Source: the human T2T-CHM13v2.0 reference genome, Homo sapiens
Length of the DNA: 64,000 bases
Direction: 5' to 3' (one strand)
NCBI RefSeq assembly: GCF_009914755.1
Contig: NC_060929.1
Below the pieces are notes generated by a model. The model searched no databases and had not been told where the DNA came from. It saw only the letters and a program-made list of their open reading frames with translations. The position numbers and the translations under genes were made by a program. Below are positions 1-12,551 of the stretch, one piece after another; the first letter of the stretch is position 1, and each line of letters begins with the position of its first letter.

Positions 1-288
1 TGTGAGTATGCAAAAAAGGATTTAAAAAAAGGCACCACTCAAAGATGGGCAAGACCATGCAAAAAAACAATTAGGGAAGAGTAGGTATATGTAAAATAGG
101 TGAAGGGTGGGGATCAATCAGAGGAAAGTGCCCCAAATGGGAAGAGAGGTTCTCAATCCAGTCCATGGGTTTATCTCTGACCTATAGCTTGGTTTTCAGA
201 CTTTAAACCGTCTTCAGCTTGAAGGTCGGGTTTCACCAGGGTCCCACCCCCATCTGCCTCGGCATTTGACTGCCTCCTGCCGCTATCA
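1..288. mobile_element. Old LTR fragment (family uncertain), cut by the window edge
   Basis: LTR-like sequence ending ...ctgcctcctgccgctatca. Confidence 0.5.
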
Positions 289-314
289 AGATCACCATTG
301 AAAACTCTTAGATT

Positions 315-441
315 GTCTGGGTGTGGTGGCCACACCTGTAATCCCAGCACTTGGGAAGCCAAGGCGGGTCACTTGAGTCTAGGAGTTTGAGAGCAGCCTG
401 GGTAACATGGTGAGGCCCCCATCTCTAAACTAAAAGGTAAT

Positions 442-486
<45 letters not shown>

Positions 487-487
487 A
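315..487 (+). mobile_element. Alu monomer (FLAM-like) with (TAAA)n tail
   Basis: ctgggtgtggtggc...tgtaatcccagcac, followed by (aaat)n at 446-487. Confidence 0.85.
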
Positions 488-663
488 ACTCTAAGGTAAG
501 TGCTGACAATGTTGAATTTTACCTGGGCCCTGTGATCCTGGAAAATAGCCATGGTTAAAGATATCCCCCCACTCTCTGTGTTCCCAATATCACTTTATTG
601 CCAAGAAATACACTTTTCCATATGACTTAGATAAGATGCACAGATGCGTCTCCTTTTTACCTT

Positions 664-1271
664 TGTTAGGGCCAAGGGAAAACTGACCAAAGTCAGATTA
701 AGAAAAAAGGCATACAAATTTATTAACGTGTACAGAGATGAGGGGGAGAGAATCACAGAGTGATTACCCCAACTCCCCAGTGGGGTGCAGAAGCTTACAT
801 ACCCTTATTTCAGAGGGGAGGGGGAACTGAGGATTATGGGTAATTCTGGGAGAAGGAATAAAGGATTACCAGGGAGAGTGAATGGATGAGGAAACAGAGA
901 TTAACTTGTAAATGTTTCTGTTTGGGAATTCAGTGAGCCTGAAAGAAGATACTATCTTGTGAAAGGGTTCATTCAGGGTGGTTACATTCATAAGGTCTTA
1001 ATTGATGCTTTTTTTTTCTCTCTCTTTCTCTCTCTCTCTCTTTTTTTTTCCTTTTTACTCTGCATCTTCATGATTTTTTCCCCCTAGTGGATAATGAGGT
1101 AACAGGGAGAGAAAAGAAAAATAATTGTGCTCCTTAGCAGATCTGTGGGGTCTTTATGTACATAGGGGAAAAGACTTTTCTAGCTCTCTGTTGATCTTTA
1201 AGGGCCTTTAATTTAAAATATTCATCATACCCAGGAGAAATATTTTCAGGGGAGATATTTGGTTTCTTTCA
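664..1271 (-). mobile_element. ERV1 solo LTR (MER34/MER39 group) nested in the MER31-like LTR
   Basis: TG...CA ends with 4 bp TSD cctt (660-663, 1272-1275). Confidence 0.7.
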
Positions 1272-1581
1272 CCTTTGACAAGGCCAGACAAAGATCCTCT
1301 AAATTCCTATTCTCTGCCTCGTAAATGACTAGCTGAACTGCTTGTGACCATGGAATCTAAATCTGAACAAAGTTCTTGTTAATCAAACTTTGGTTAAGAT
1401 TATCTCCTTCTCCTAGATCCCAGAATTTGACCCATCCTTAGCCTGAGCTAGCATACAACTCCTTCTTAACAGCACCTTCTGAAAATAGGCTGGCTCCAGG
1501 GTCAAGCAATCTCTGATCTACTATCAGATTAGCCACCTCACTCTTTCATTCCTCTGTCCCACCCCAGATTCTTTCTAGCCA

Positions 1582-1866
1582 AGGGTCTGACTCTGTCACT
1601 CAGACTGGAGTTCAGTGGTACAATCATACCTTACTGCAGCCTTGACCTCCCAGGCTCAAGCAATCCTTCCCAACTCAGCCCCCCAATCAGCTCAGTTAGC
1701 TGGGACTACAGCACGCGCCATCACACCCAGCTAATTATTATTATTTTTTTTGTATAGATAGGATCTCACTATATTGCCCAGGTTGGTCTTGAACTCCTCA
1801 AGCAATCTTCCTATCTTGGCCTCCCAAAGTGCTGGGATTACAGGCATGAGCCACCATGCCTGACCT
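1582..1866 (-). mobile_element. Alu (AluJ-like)
   Basis: Reverse-complement Alu dimer, diverged. Confidence 0.85.
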
Positions 1867-2160
1867 ACCATTTTGCCTAACTCTTGAATTTGCAGATCTT
1901 GTCGAAGACTTCTCCCTGTTGCAGTAGTCTCCCTCCTCCTATTGCAAAATCCCTTCTTTCCTCTCAGCTCTACTTCTTGAAGTAATCTTTAAAAATAAAA
2001 TTTCTCCTTATCTAAGTGCAGATTTAGTTTTTATTTGACAATGCCTGGCTAGTATCAGTAGATATTATTGTTAGTATTTCCTTACATCCCCTTTCTTCGT
2101 CCTGGCTAAAACTTGTTCAGTATAGACAGGAAGCGATGGGAGAATTCATCTTGCCTTCTA

Positions 2161-2925
2161 TGCAATCACCCAATGGGTTCTTCTGCTCTCTGCATAGACA
2201 AAAAACGATACACTGAGACTGTGGTATTGAAGTAGAGAAAGAGCTTAATTAATGCAGAGCTAGCCAAGCAGAAGTACTAGAATTATTACTCAAATTAGTC
2301 TCCCTGAGAACTAGAGATTTTATGGATAATTTGGTGATCAAGGGTCTAGGAAATGGGTGCTGCTGATTGGTTGGAGATAAAATCATAAGGGTATGGAAAA
2401 CAGTTCTTGCACATTGAGTCCACCTCTAGGCAGGGGCCACAATTCTGGTTGAGTCATGAGTCCTGGGTCCAGGTAGAGTCAATCAGCTGACAGAATGCAA
2501 AAGTCTGAAAAACATCTCAAAAGACCAATCTTAAGTTCTACAATAGTGATATTATCTATAGGAGCAACTGGGGAATTCACAAATCTTGTGACCTCTGACC
2601 ACATGACTCTTGAACTGTAAGGGATTATAGGAACTATGCTTACATTTTAGCAGAATTCAGGCCCCTTCCATTGTCCTAATCTTGTGACCTTTCATTTGTT
2701 TTACAAAGGCAGCTTTGGTCCTTGAGCAAGGAGGGAGGTTAGTTTAAGGGAGGGACTATAATTATCCTTGCTTCAAAGTTAAACTATAAACTGAATTCTT
2801 CCCATGGTTAGCTTGGCCTATGCCCAGGAATGAGTGAGATCAGCCAGCATGTGAAGCTGGAAGCAAGATGGAGTTTGCCATGCTAGATTTCTCTTACTGT
2901 CATAACCTTTACAAAGGTGGTTTCA
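2161..2925 (-). mobile_element. LTR8-family solo LTR
   Basis: The minus strand begins tgaaaccacctttgtaaaggttatgacag. Homologous to the copy at 27049. Confidence 0.75.
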
Positions 2926-3236
2926 CTTGTACCTAATGAGTGTACATTAATTAGTCTTGGTCCCAAAAAGAAAGAGATGGCATAATTAGACCCTGCATGA
3001 TTTGAGGGGGATTTATTTACAAGAAGGACTAGTTAAAAAGGTATGGCTGGTGCAAGAGAACCACAAGTGATAGTAGCAACAGAATTTTCACCATCTCTAG
3101 GTTTAAGGGGACAGAAGAAGAAAGATACTACCAGTATATGGAAGGATAGAGTCATATTGAACAGGCCAGTTGGAGAGCAGCATTGACCTTCAAACAATGA
3201 AATAACCCATCCAACCTGGACCAGTGGAGCAACTGT

Positions 3237-4085
<849 letters not shown>

Positions 4086-4108
4086 GATTATATGAATTGA
4101 GTTACTCT

Positions 4109-4532
4109 TGTAGTACCAAACTAAAACAGGGTAGGGAAGCTTGTGGGGAAAGCACTCAAGACACACAATATTACTCCAAGAATGTAATTCTCTGCAAGTC
4201 CAGCTGCTGAAACTACCTGTTGTAACCTGAAACAAGTTTTATCTATAGTTGCTGAGATAACTTATGCAACTCTAGGACTAATTTTGCACATCGGTGTTGC
4301 TCACAAATCAGAGTTTGCCAGCTCTCCAGAACCTTACTAGTGCCAATGAACTTTCTCAATGGTCAATGTTTAACATTTCTCCTTTTTATAAAACTTCCAA
4401 CCTTCTCTTTGTTCTTCAGATATTCTGAAGACCACCTGGTCTGCATGTATGCTCTGAATTGCAATTCTCTCTTCCTGAAATAAATGTTGAATTTCAGAGA
4501 TTTGTTTGCATATTTTAATTTTGACTTCAACA
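4109..4532 (+). mobile_element. ERV1 solo LTR (family uncertain)
   Basis: TG...CA bounded, with tataaaa and aataaa in LTR order. Confidence 0.55.
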
Positions 4533-4879
4533 CTACCCAGCCTTGTTTTCCTCCCTCCCTTGAATCCTTTGTGGTGGCACTCTTGACTAAACCCAACAGA
4601 AAGCCAAATGGCACATACTAACCCCAACAGAAAGCCAAAGGGCACATAACTTCTGTGCCTGTTGGCTTTCTGTTGGGTTTAGTCAAAAGAGTGCCACCAC
4701 AAAAGATCCAAGGGAGGGAGGAACAGCAGTTCATGTAATTCACACAATTGAGCCTCCTGAGGCAGAAAGTCAGGAGGGAGAGTGGAGGCCTGGACAAAAC
4801 AAATGGAAAATACCTATCAAATAATGGTTCACAGGCTTGTGTCTTAGACTGTGTTCCCTAGAAACAGTCTCTGAGACTC

Positions 4880-5700
4880 GCAAAATATCTGTAGCTCAAC
4901 CCAAGAGCTACTTAATGGGAAATATCAAACTTCTTCATTTTAAAGTTAGGGACAAGACAAGAAAATCCATGCTTACAGTAATTATTCGACATTGTTCTGG
5001 AGGTAGTAGCTAATACAACACAGAGAGAAATTATATAAAAGGTACAAAAATAGGAAAGAAGGAGTTAATTTTTCATTAGAACTATAAAGATAAAATATGT
5101 TTTACCAATCAGATTCACACAGATTAAAATGATTATCAAAGTGTTTGATAATACACTTTGTTGGTAATTGTTTAGAGAAACAGGAAATGGGACAGGAAAT
5201 TACTACAGCCCTCTCCAGGGGACAATCTGGCAACAGCTATTAAAATTAGCTATTAAAATGAAATACATGCATACTCTTTCACTAGTGGAGGCAAAAACAA
5301 ATGTTTGAGGATGTTAACGTTAGCTTGATTTATATAGTTGTAAAGGAAACAAACTAAATATCCACCCATGTGGAGTGATGAAATAAATAGTACAATCATG
5401 GAATGAAATGTTATGCAACTTTAAAAATGAAGGAAGTAGGTTTGTACTAATAAGAAATAATTGCCAAAATATATTGTTGAATAAAAGGAATCAAGATGCA
5501 GAAATATGTCTATGCTATGCTATTTTTGTTTGTTTAAAAAATCAACTTATATGCATAGAACATCTTAGGAAGATTACACTAGAAATCTCGTAATGATGGC
5601 TAACTCTGAAGATCAGAACAGGGTACTTATTGGGGAGAATAGAATAAGAAAGAAGGTTTTAAAATTACTTTGTTTTGTACCTTTTGAATTTTATGCCCAT
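4880..5700 (+). mobile_element. Degraded L1M fragment
   Basis: A-rich, with ORF2/3'UTR-like remnants (attattcgacattgttctggagg). Confidence 0.5.
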
Positions 5701-6448
5701 TTAAAAATCAGTATAAATAAATGGATAAAAGAGATGGATCCAAATCAAGCAAGTATTTAAGACAATGCAACTAACCAAAGTTTTATAAACAGCAACTACA
5801 AGAGCTACAAAATAATCAACTCCCGTTCCCCAAAAAGGGAGATGGGGAGACTGAATAACGAAAGAAGTGAATTAATAGCAATCTATAGGAGAATGTATTA
5901 GAGACTATGAAGATTTATCTATCCCCAGCCAATAGCTATGGAGCAGAGGGCTGTTTTGTGTTCTGTGTTTAATGACCAGTTAATCGGGCAAGAACAATGA
6001 CTGTTAAAACATTGCCTGACATCTAATCCACTTTTGATTTTATGGACTAAATTCAGATGTGAGCCAGGCTTGTAAGGCCTTATCCCACAATGGGCTTGGG
6101 CCAGACCCAAGGATGCACCACTTTTGAGCAGGTTAGCAGGTGTCTCTCAGTCTGTCCGTACAGTCTCTCAGTTTCCGGAATTTGTAGAGAGTCTGGCTTG
6201 GGCTGGGATGTGCCTGGATACACTGGACTGTTTACCAGCAGAGGGACAATAACCTCTGTTGCTCTCTTGTTTTATGCAATAAGTGTAAGAGTATCTTGCG
6301 TGGCTAAGGGACAAATGTGCCTTAACACTAAGCAATGTGAGCACAGGTGACAGTGGTCCAGAACTTGAAAATGTTGGGAGTCACCAGTATGAAATTGAGT
6401 TTGAGGGTAGCCCCTCCCACTGAAAAAAGGAAAAATGCCATTGCCCTG

Positions 6449-7303
6449 TGTTTTGGAAAAACTCTTCCAAATCATGTTTTTCCTCTGCTCTTTATACCAC
6501 CATAACAATCAACACAGAAGACTTCTGTGACCAAATGCATAGGAGTTTTCCCCACACACCAGGCAGCAGACACCAGCTGGTTGTCTTCTAATTCAATTCG
6601 GACACATCTACCTAGAGACAACATCAGATCCCACAGGTTGAGAGCTCTGTCCCACAAGACTGCCCCCTCTTTTCCACCAGTCACAAATCTGGGCCTCTGG
6701 AACTTCTGATCAATCAGTGTCAAATTGGGGCTCCCATGATCCCCTCTTTGAGTTCAATTCATTTGCTGGAGCAGCACACAGAACTCAGGGAAACACTGAG
6801 GTTTACTGGCTTATTATAAAGGATACTATAAAAAATCCAAGCAAAGAGATGTGTAGGGCAAGGTATGGGGGAAGGGTGCTGAGCTTCTCTGTCCTCCCTG
6901 GGTGCACCACCCTCCCTGTGTTCAGCTATTGGGAAGCTCACCAACCCAGTTCTCTTGGGTTTTTATGGAAGCTTCTTGAGTCAGCATTCATTCCCCCAGT
7001 TACAGAGTGGGACCCTCTCTGGGGATGGTCTTGAGACCCACAGTCAGAAAGTCAGGAGCAAGGGAAGGTCAGAGAGATTCTGTTTCCTGAGAACTAACAT
7101 ACCCAACATGATAATAAAAGACTGTACAAAGGATTGTGGGAGTTATGAGCTGGGGACGAAAAACCAATGTATATACACGTGTGTATACATATGCGTATAT
7201 GCAAATATATGTGTGTGTGTATACATAGGTATGTGTGTATTTATACGTATGTGTGCATTTATACGTATGTGTGCATATAGATGATAGATATCATAACACT
7301 ACA
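6449..7303 (-). mobile_element. MER21-family solo LTR with internal (TG/TA)-rich repeat
   Basis: TG...CA ends with 5 bp TSD ccctg (6444-6448, 7304-7308). Motif cagatcccacaggttgag...cccacaagactgcccc. Confidence 0.8.
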
Positions 7304-7609
7304 CCCTGCTAACCAGGTTGAACCTGGTCACTCATTGGACAATCCTTACTTTAACTTTTACAGGGCTTAGTAGAGACCCCTAACTCTTAAAGTACCCTTT
7401 TTCTGATGCCCTTTCACAATTCAAGGGAGCCAAGAAAAGGTGGTGAGATCAAACGTCAGTCTCTAGGGTTATAAAACAGAAAAATATGTTTTATCGAACC
7501 TATTCTTTAACTTACGCTTCTTTAATGGGAGACCACTTTTTGATAACTGGAATCCAAACCTTTTTGCCAAAGTAAGTCACAAGTGTGTCTTTATATGCTT
7601 ATGATAGGG

Positions 7610-7755
7610 TTTTATTTATTTAATTTGTTTTATTTTTTGAGATGGGGGCCTCGAAATATTGCCCAGGCTAGACTCAAACTCTGGGCTCCAGTGATTCTCT
7701 CATCTCAGGTTCCCAAATAGCTGGGATTATAGATGTGTGCCACTGCACCTGGCTA
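7610..7755 (-). mobile_element. Alu monomer (FLAM/FRAM-like)
   Basis: Single Alu arm with T-rich tail. Confidence 0.75.
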
Positions 7756-8044
7756 TGATAAAGTTTAGTATGTATTAATGTCTCTATAAGCAATTGTTCC
7801 TACTATTTAACTTCTGCCAGAAAGAATGGCTCAAGTGTCAATTACTGCCCTCCCTAGGTATTTGTAGGTGAGAAAACATAATTTCTTTTCTTTCTTTTCT
7901 TAGGTTTTTAGCTGAAACACTCTCCTGAAAACAAAACAGGATTAACAGGAGAAAAACAAGCACAAGTTTGTTAACCCATGCTGTACTCAACATGCAGGAG
8001 AGGCCTCAGTTCAACAGTACCTCTCTCTCAAGGCAGTGGCTTAG

Positions 8045-8445
<401 letters not shown>

Positions 8446-8449
8446 AGCC

Positions 8450-8796
8450 TTTTTTTTTCTTTTTTCTTTTTTTCTTTTTCCTTTTCTTTTTTTTTTTTTT
8501 TTTTGTTGTTGTTGTGAGAGAGAGGGCCTCATTATATTACCTAGCCTAGACTGCAGTGGCAATCATGGCTCACTGAAGTTTCCATCACCCAGGCCCAAGC
8601 AATCCTCCCACCTCAGCCTCCTGAGTAACTAGGACTACAGGTGTGCACCACCACATCTGGTTAATTTTTAAATTTTTGTAGAGACAGGGTCTTTTTATGT
8701 TGCCCAGGTGGTTCTCCAACTCATGGCCTCAAGGGATCTCCCGGCCTCAGCCTCCTAAAGTGCTGGGATTACAGGCATGAGCCACTGTGCTTGGCT
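8450..8796 (-). mobile_element. Alu (AluJ-like)
   Basis: Reverse dimer. TSD cagttct(g/a)g(c/t)ctttt at ~8114 and ~8797 brackets both minus-strand Alus. Confidence 0.88.
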
Positions 8797-8821
8797 CAGT
8801 TCTAGTCTTTTAAAGGGTGGG

Positions 8822-9278
<457 letters not shown>

Positions 9279-10604
9279 CTAAGTTCATTCAGTGTGTTTA
9301 ACTTAACAATCCTCAGTATTTTGGGGGAAATAATTTGGCTTCCTTCACATTCACCAGAATTTAAATAGCTCCATGCAACAGATCATGGCGTGCAGGTGCC
9401 TGGCTGTGCAATAGGTAGCTAATTCATTCTGGCAGGTGTGTCAGGAAATTACCCCGTTCAGAATCCACTGTTCCACAGGAACATTGCTGGACTTTTTCTA
9501 CAGCTGAGTGGCAAAATGGATGATAACTGCTCCGAAAATATTCCAGTTGGAAAATAACCTTGAATTATCGATTATTTCATTACTTTCAACAGCTAAGCAG
9601 AGGAAAATGACATTTAGTCCAGATTGTCTTAGGGATATGTTATTCATTTACTTTTTGTTGAATTGTAAGATCTGTATATTACATTAATTATAATAAAGCT
9701 ATATATTTATGTGACATTAATTTAGTCCCCTCCTACTCATTATTAATTTATTTTTTAGACAGTGTGAGGATCAGATTTGCTGTAAAACCATTAAGTTTAT
9801 TGATTAAAATGACCTACAGCGTGTCCTATATAAGGCACCACATGATGAGTTTATTTTAAACTCATTCTAAAAAATTGATTTCCTTATTTCCCATTCCAAG
9901 GGTTATGCAACACATTGTATTACTCTTTTCTAGGTTGGCACAGATAGAATTGACATCACTCACATTTACTATATTAGCCTTTTGGGGTAGAGTATACACT
10001 TCCTCCTCCTTTTTATGACTTTAGTATTCCATTTCTATCCCAATAAAGGTATTATATATGTATCTTTTGTTGGTATCTATTATTTTGAGAGAATAAGTGT
10101 TTAAAAGTGAAACTACTGAGTCAAAGGGCATACACATTTTGAACATTCTTTGATATATAGGGCCCCACTGCTTTTCTGAAATACGGTACTAATTGATAAT
10201 TCTATCATCACTGTTTGTGAATTCTTATTCTTTGGTATTTTGGCCATTCTAACACAACGTTCCTGTGTTAGAATTTTATAAACATTAGCAAATTTTGTCG
10301 ATAAAACAGTGTATTGTTTTTAATTTGGATTTTTTAATGTTTATAGGCTAGTTTGAGGCCATAACTACTAGTTCCTGTCCTTTTCTCACGTTAAGAAAAG
10401 CATTTTGTCTCATTACTTTATATAAGCTTTTTATATTGTAAAATATTCATTCTTTGTTATGCAACAAAATGACAGATAAAGCCCTAGCCCAAATTTCTAG
10501 CCCTAGTCCAATTACACATTGTATTCTCAGATAACAATGCAATTTAGATAGAAAATCAAACAAACAAAAAGCCATATATTTGCAAGTTTGAAACACATTT
10601 TTAG

Positions 10605-10830
10605 GGGCCAGTCATGGTGGCTCACAGCACCCCCTCTCTATAAAAATAAAATATTAGCTGTGCAAGTGCACACTTGTAGTCCCAGCTATTCTGGAGGCTG
10701 AAGCAGGAGGATCACTTGAGCCCTAGAGTTTGAGGTAACAGTGAGCTACGGTTGCACCATCGCATTTCAGCCTAGGCAACAGATATCCTGTCTCTAAATA
10801 AATAAAAAAAAAAAAAAAAAAAAAAAAAAA
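10605..10830 (+). mobile_element. Alu (AluJ-like) with internal deletion and long poly(A)
   Basis: Left arm mostly deleted, right arm present, A-tract at 10805-10830. Confidence 0.8.
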
Positions 10831-10854
10831 TTAAAAAACCCATTTTTTATTTTA

Positions 10855-11295
10855 AAAAAGTTTGATTTTTAATTGACAAATAATAATTGTGTGTATTTAT
10901 GGTGTACAATCTGATATACATCATAAATATATACTTCTTGGAAGGAAGTATCCACAGTAGGTACCTAAGTAAGGCAAGACAGAGGTCAGGTCCAGGAAGG
11001 CCAGTTCTGAGAGTGCAGAGCAGGGAGTCCATGTGGGATGGAGGTTCTGTGGGTCAAGGCAGCAAGTCCACATCAGTGAGGTCAAATCCTGGCACCAGAA
11101 ATCCAGGACAGTTGAAAGACAAAAAGCTGGGGCCCCAGGCCAACAGGAAACAAGAAACTGGAAACCAGTGCCAGAATGATCAAATCAAGGTAATTAGCAC
11201 ATCCATCACTTCAAGTATTTATCATTTCTTTGTGATGAGTCCTTAAAATCCTCTTTTTGCTATTTGAAATACATAATATATTATAATTAACCATT
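10855..11295 (-). mobile_element. L1MA 3' end fragment interrupted by a ~235 bp insert
   Basis: tttaattgacaaataataattgt...tggaa|tgatcaaatcaagg...atccatcacttca matches the L1MA 3' terminus as I recall it. Confidence 0.7.
10941..11173 (+). repeat. Local duplicate of the sequence at 12511-12551 plus 14282-14480
   Basis: Shared blocks such as gtgggtcaaggcagcaagtccacatcagtgaggtca, tccaggacagttgaaagaca and caggccaacaggaaacaagaaactgga. Confidence 0.9.
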
Positions 11296-11349
11296 GGCCT
11301 TTCAGCTGCAGGCTTATTTTTATTCTTCATAGTCCCCTATAAACCCCAG

Positions 11350-11485
11350 CAGTATTTCAGAATGCTATTCTGGATCCACCCCAGATTATTTAAGTCAGGA
11401 TCTTAAAGCATGGGACCCAGAAATCTGCACTTTTGAAAGGGCCCCAGATGATTCTGGTTTATTGGTAGGATTGAAAACCACTGGG
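11350..11485. mobile_element. MER5-like hAT DNA transposon remnant
   Basis: cccagaaatctgcacttt...cccagatgattctg...ttgaaaaccactg. Confidence 0.6.
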
Positions 11486-11749
11486 TTACTCCAATTTCTG
11501 GAATGATTATTCTCTATCTACCTGTTTCCAATTTTCACTAATCACTTTCTTATTAATTTCCTGTAAGCTGGATGCTGAGTCCTCTGCTTTTCTAAAACCA
11601 ATAACTTTCTTTGGATCCAATTAAACATGATTCACTCCTGAGAGTAGACGGTAGATCCAGAAGTTGGGTTTTATTCCCCGGACATATTTTTTGTGTTAAT
11701 TGACAAGTTTCGTATTTGTTTCTTTCAAAGTTTCATGTTTTAAATGTAT

Positions 11750-12150
11750 GCTATTTATTGCTACATTGCAAACTACCCCAAAACTTGGTGGTTGAAAACA
11801 GCGAAACCCAGATCCTTGTTAGTGGGATGCTGCCACGTGGGCAGGACTGGGTAGGGCATGCTGGTCTCTGTTCCTGGTGTTGGCTGGAACGCCTTGACTG
11901 GGGCTAGATATGTCTGACTCACATGTCTGCTGCCTTAGTTGCCTTCTTTTCTCCAACCGTATACTGCATTATTTTTAATACAATAGCTCATGGCCATGGA
12001 GGGCAAACTGGAAGCTGCCAGGTTTCTTAAGCCCCGGCCTGCAATCAGCAGGGTGCCACTTTTCCCACATTCTGTAGGTCAGCGCAACCATAGACCAGCC
12101 CTGATTCAAAGAGAGAGGAAATAGACTCCACTGTCAATGGAGAGGAGTGA
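11750..12150 (-). mobile_element. MLT1 LTR remnant
   Basis: aaactaccccaaaacttggtgg...gccacttttcccacattctg...aatagactccac. Confidence 0.55.
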
Positions 12151-12551
12151 CAGGTGTCAATAGGGATGGAAGCTTTCAAGTTGGGGAAATATCACAGGTA
12201 TGTGGAAGGTGTATAAGCTTGAATCATTAAGTGAATAGATGAATGAATAAAATAAAAGGATGTAAAATATTTATTTTGCCTAAGATTTGATTTCTGATAA
12301 AAAATAAGAAAAAAATAGAAAATATTAAAAAAATATACAGACAGGAGACATAGACAATAACGATGTTTCAATCTTTTATATAAGGAAATGTATGTGATGG
12401 TATTCAATTTTGCACCAGAAAAGAGGCTAAGGAAAGCAATGGACATGTCACATTAAGACAGACTGTGTCAGGCCGGATTGTGCGAATCTAGGGCCACGTC
12501 AGCCAGCCCAGAAGGAAGTAACCACAGCAGGTGCCTAAATGAGGCAGGACA

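Larger units (their letters stand above)
510..2040 (+). mobile_element. MER31-like ERV1 LTR interrupted by another LTR and an Alu
   Basis: Runs tgttgaattttacctg...aataaa...ttatttgaca, and the pieces rejoin across the inserts. Confidence 0.65.

Noticed and set aside
4363-4645. Two ORFs starting with identical MPFGFLLGLV
   Set aside because: An artefact of the 31 bp tandem duplication at 4586-4647.
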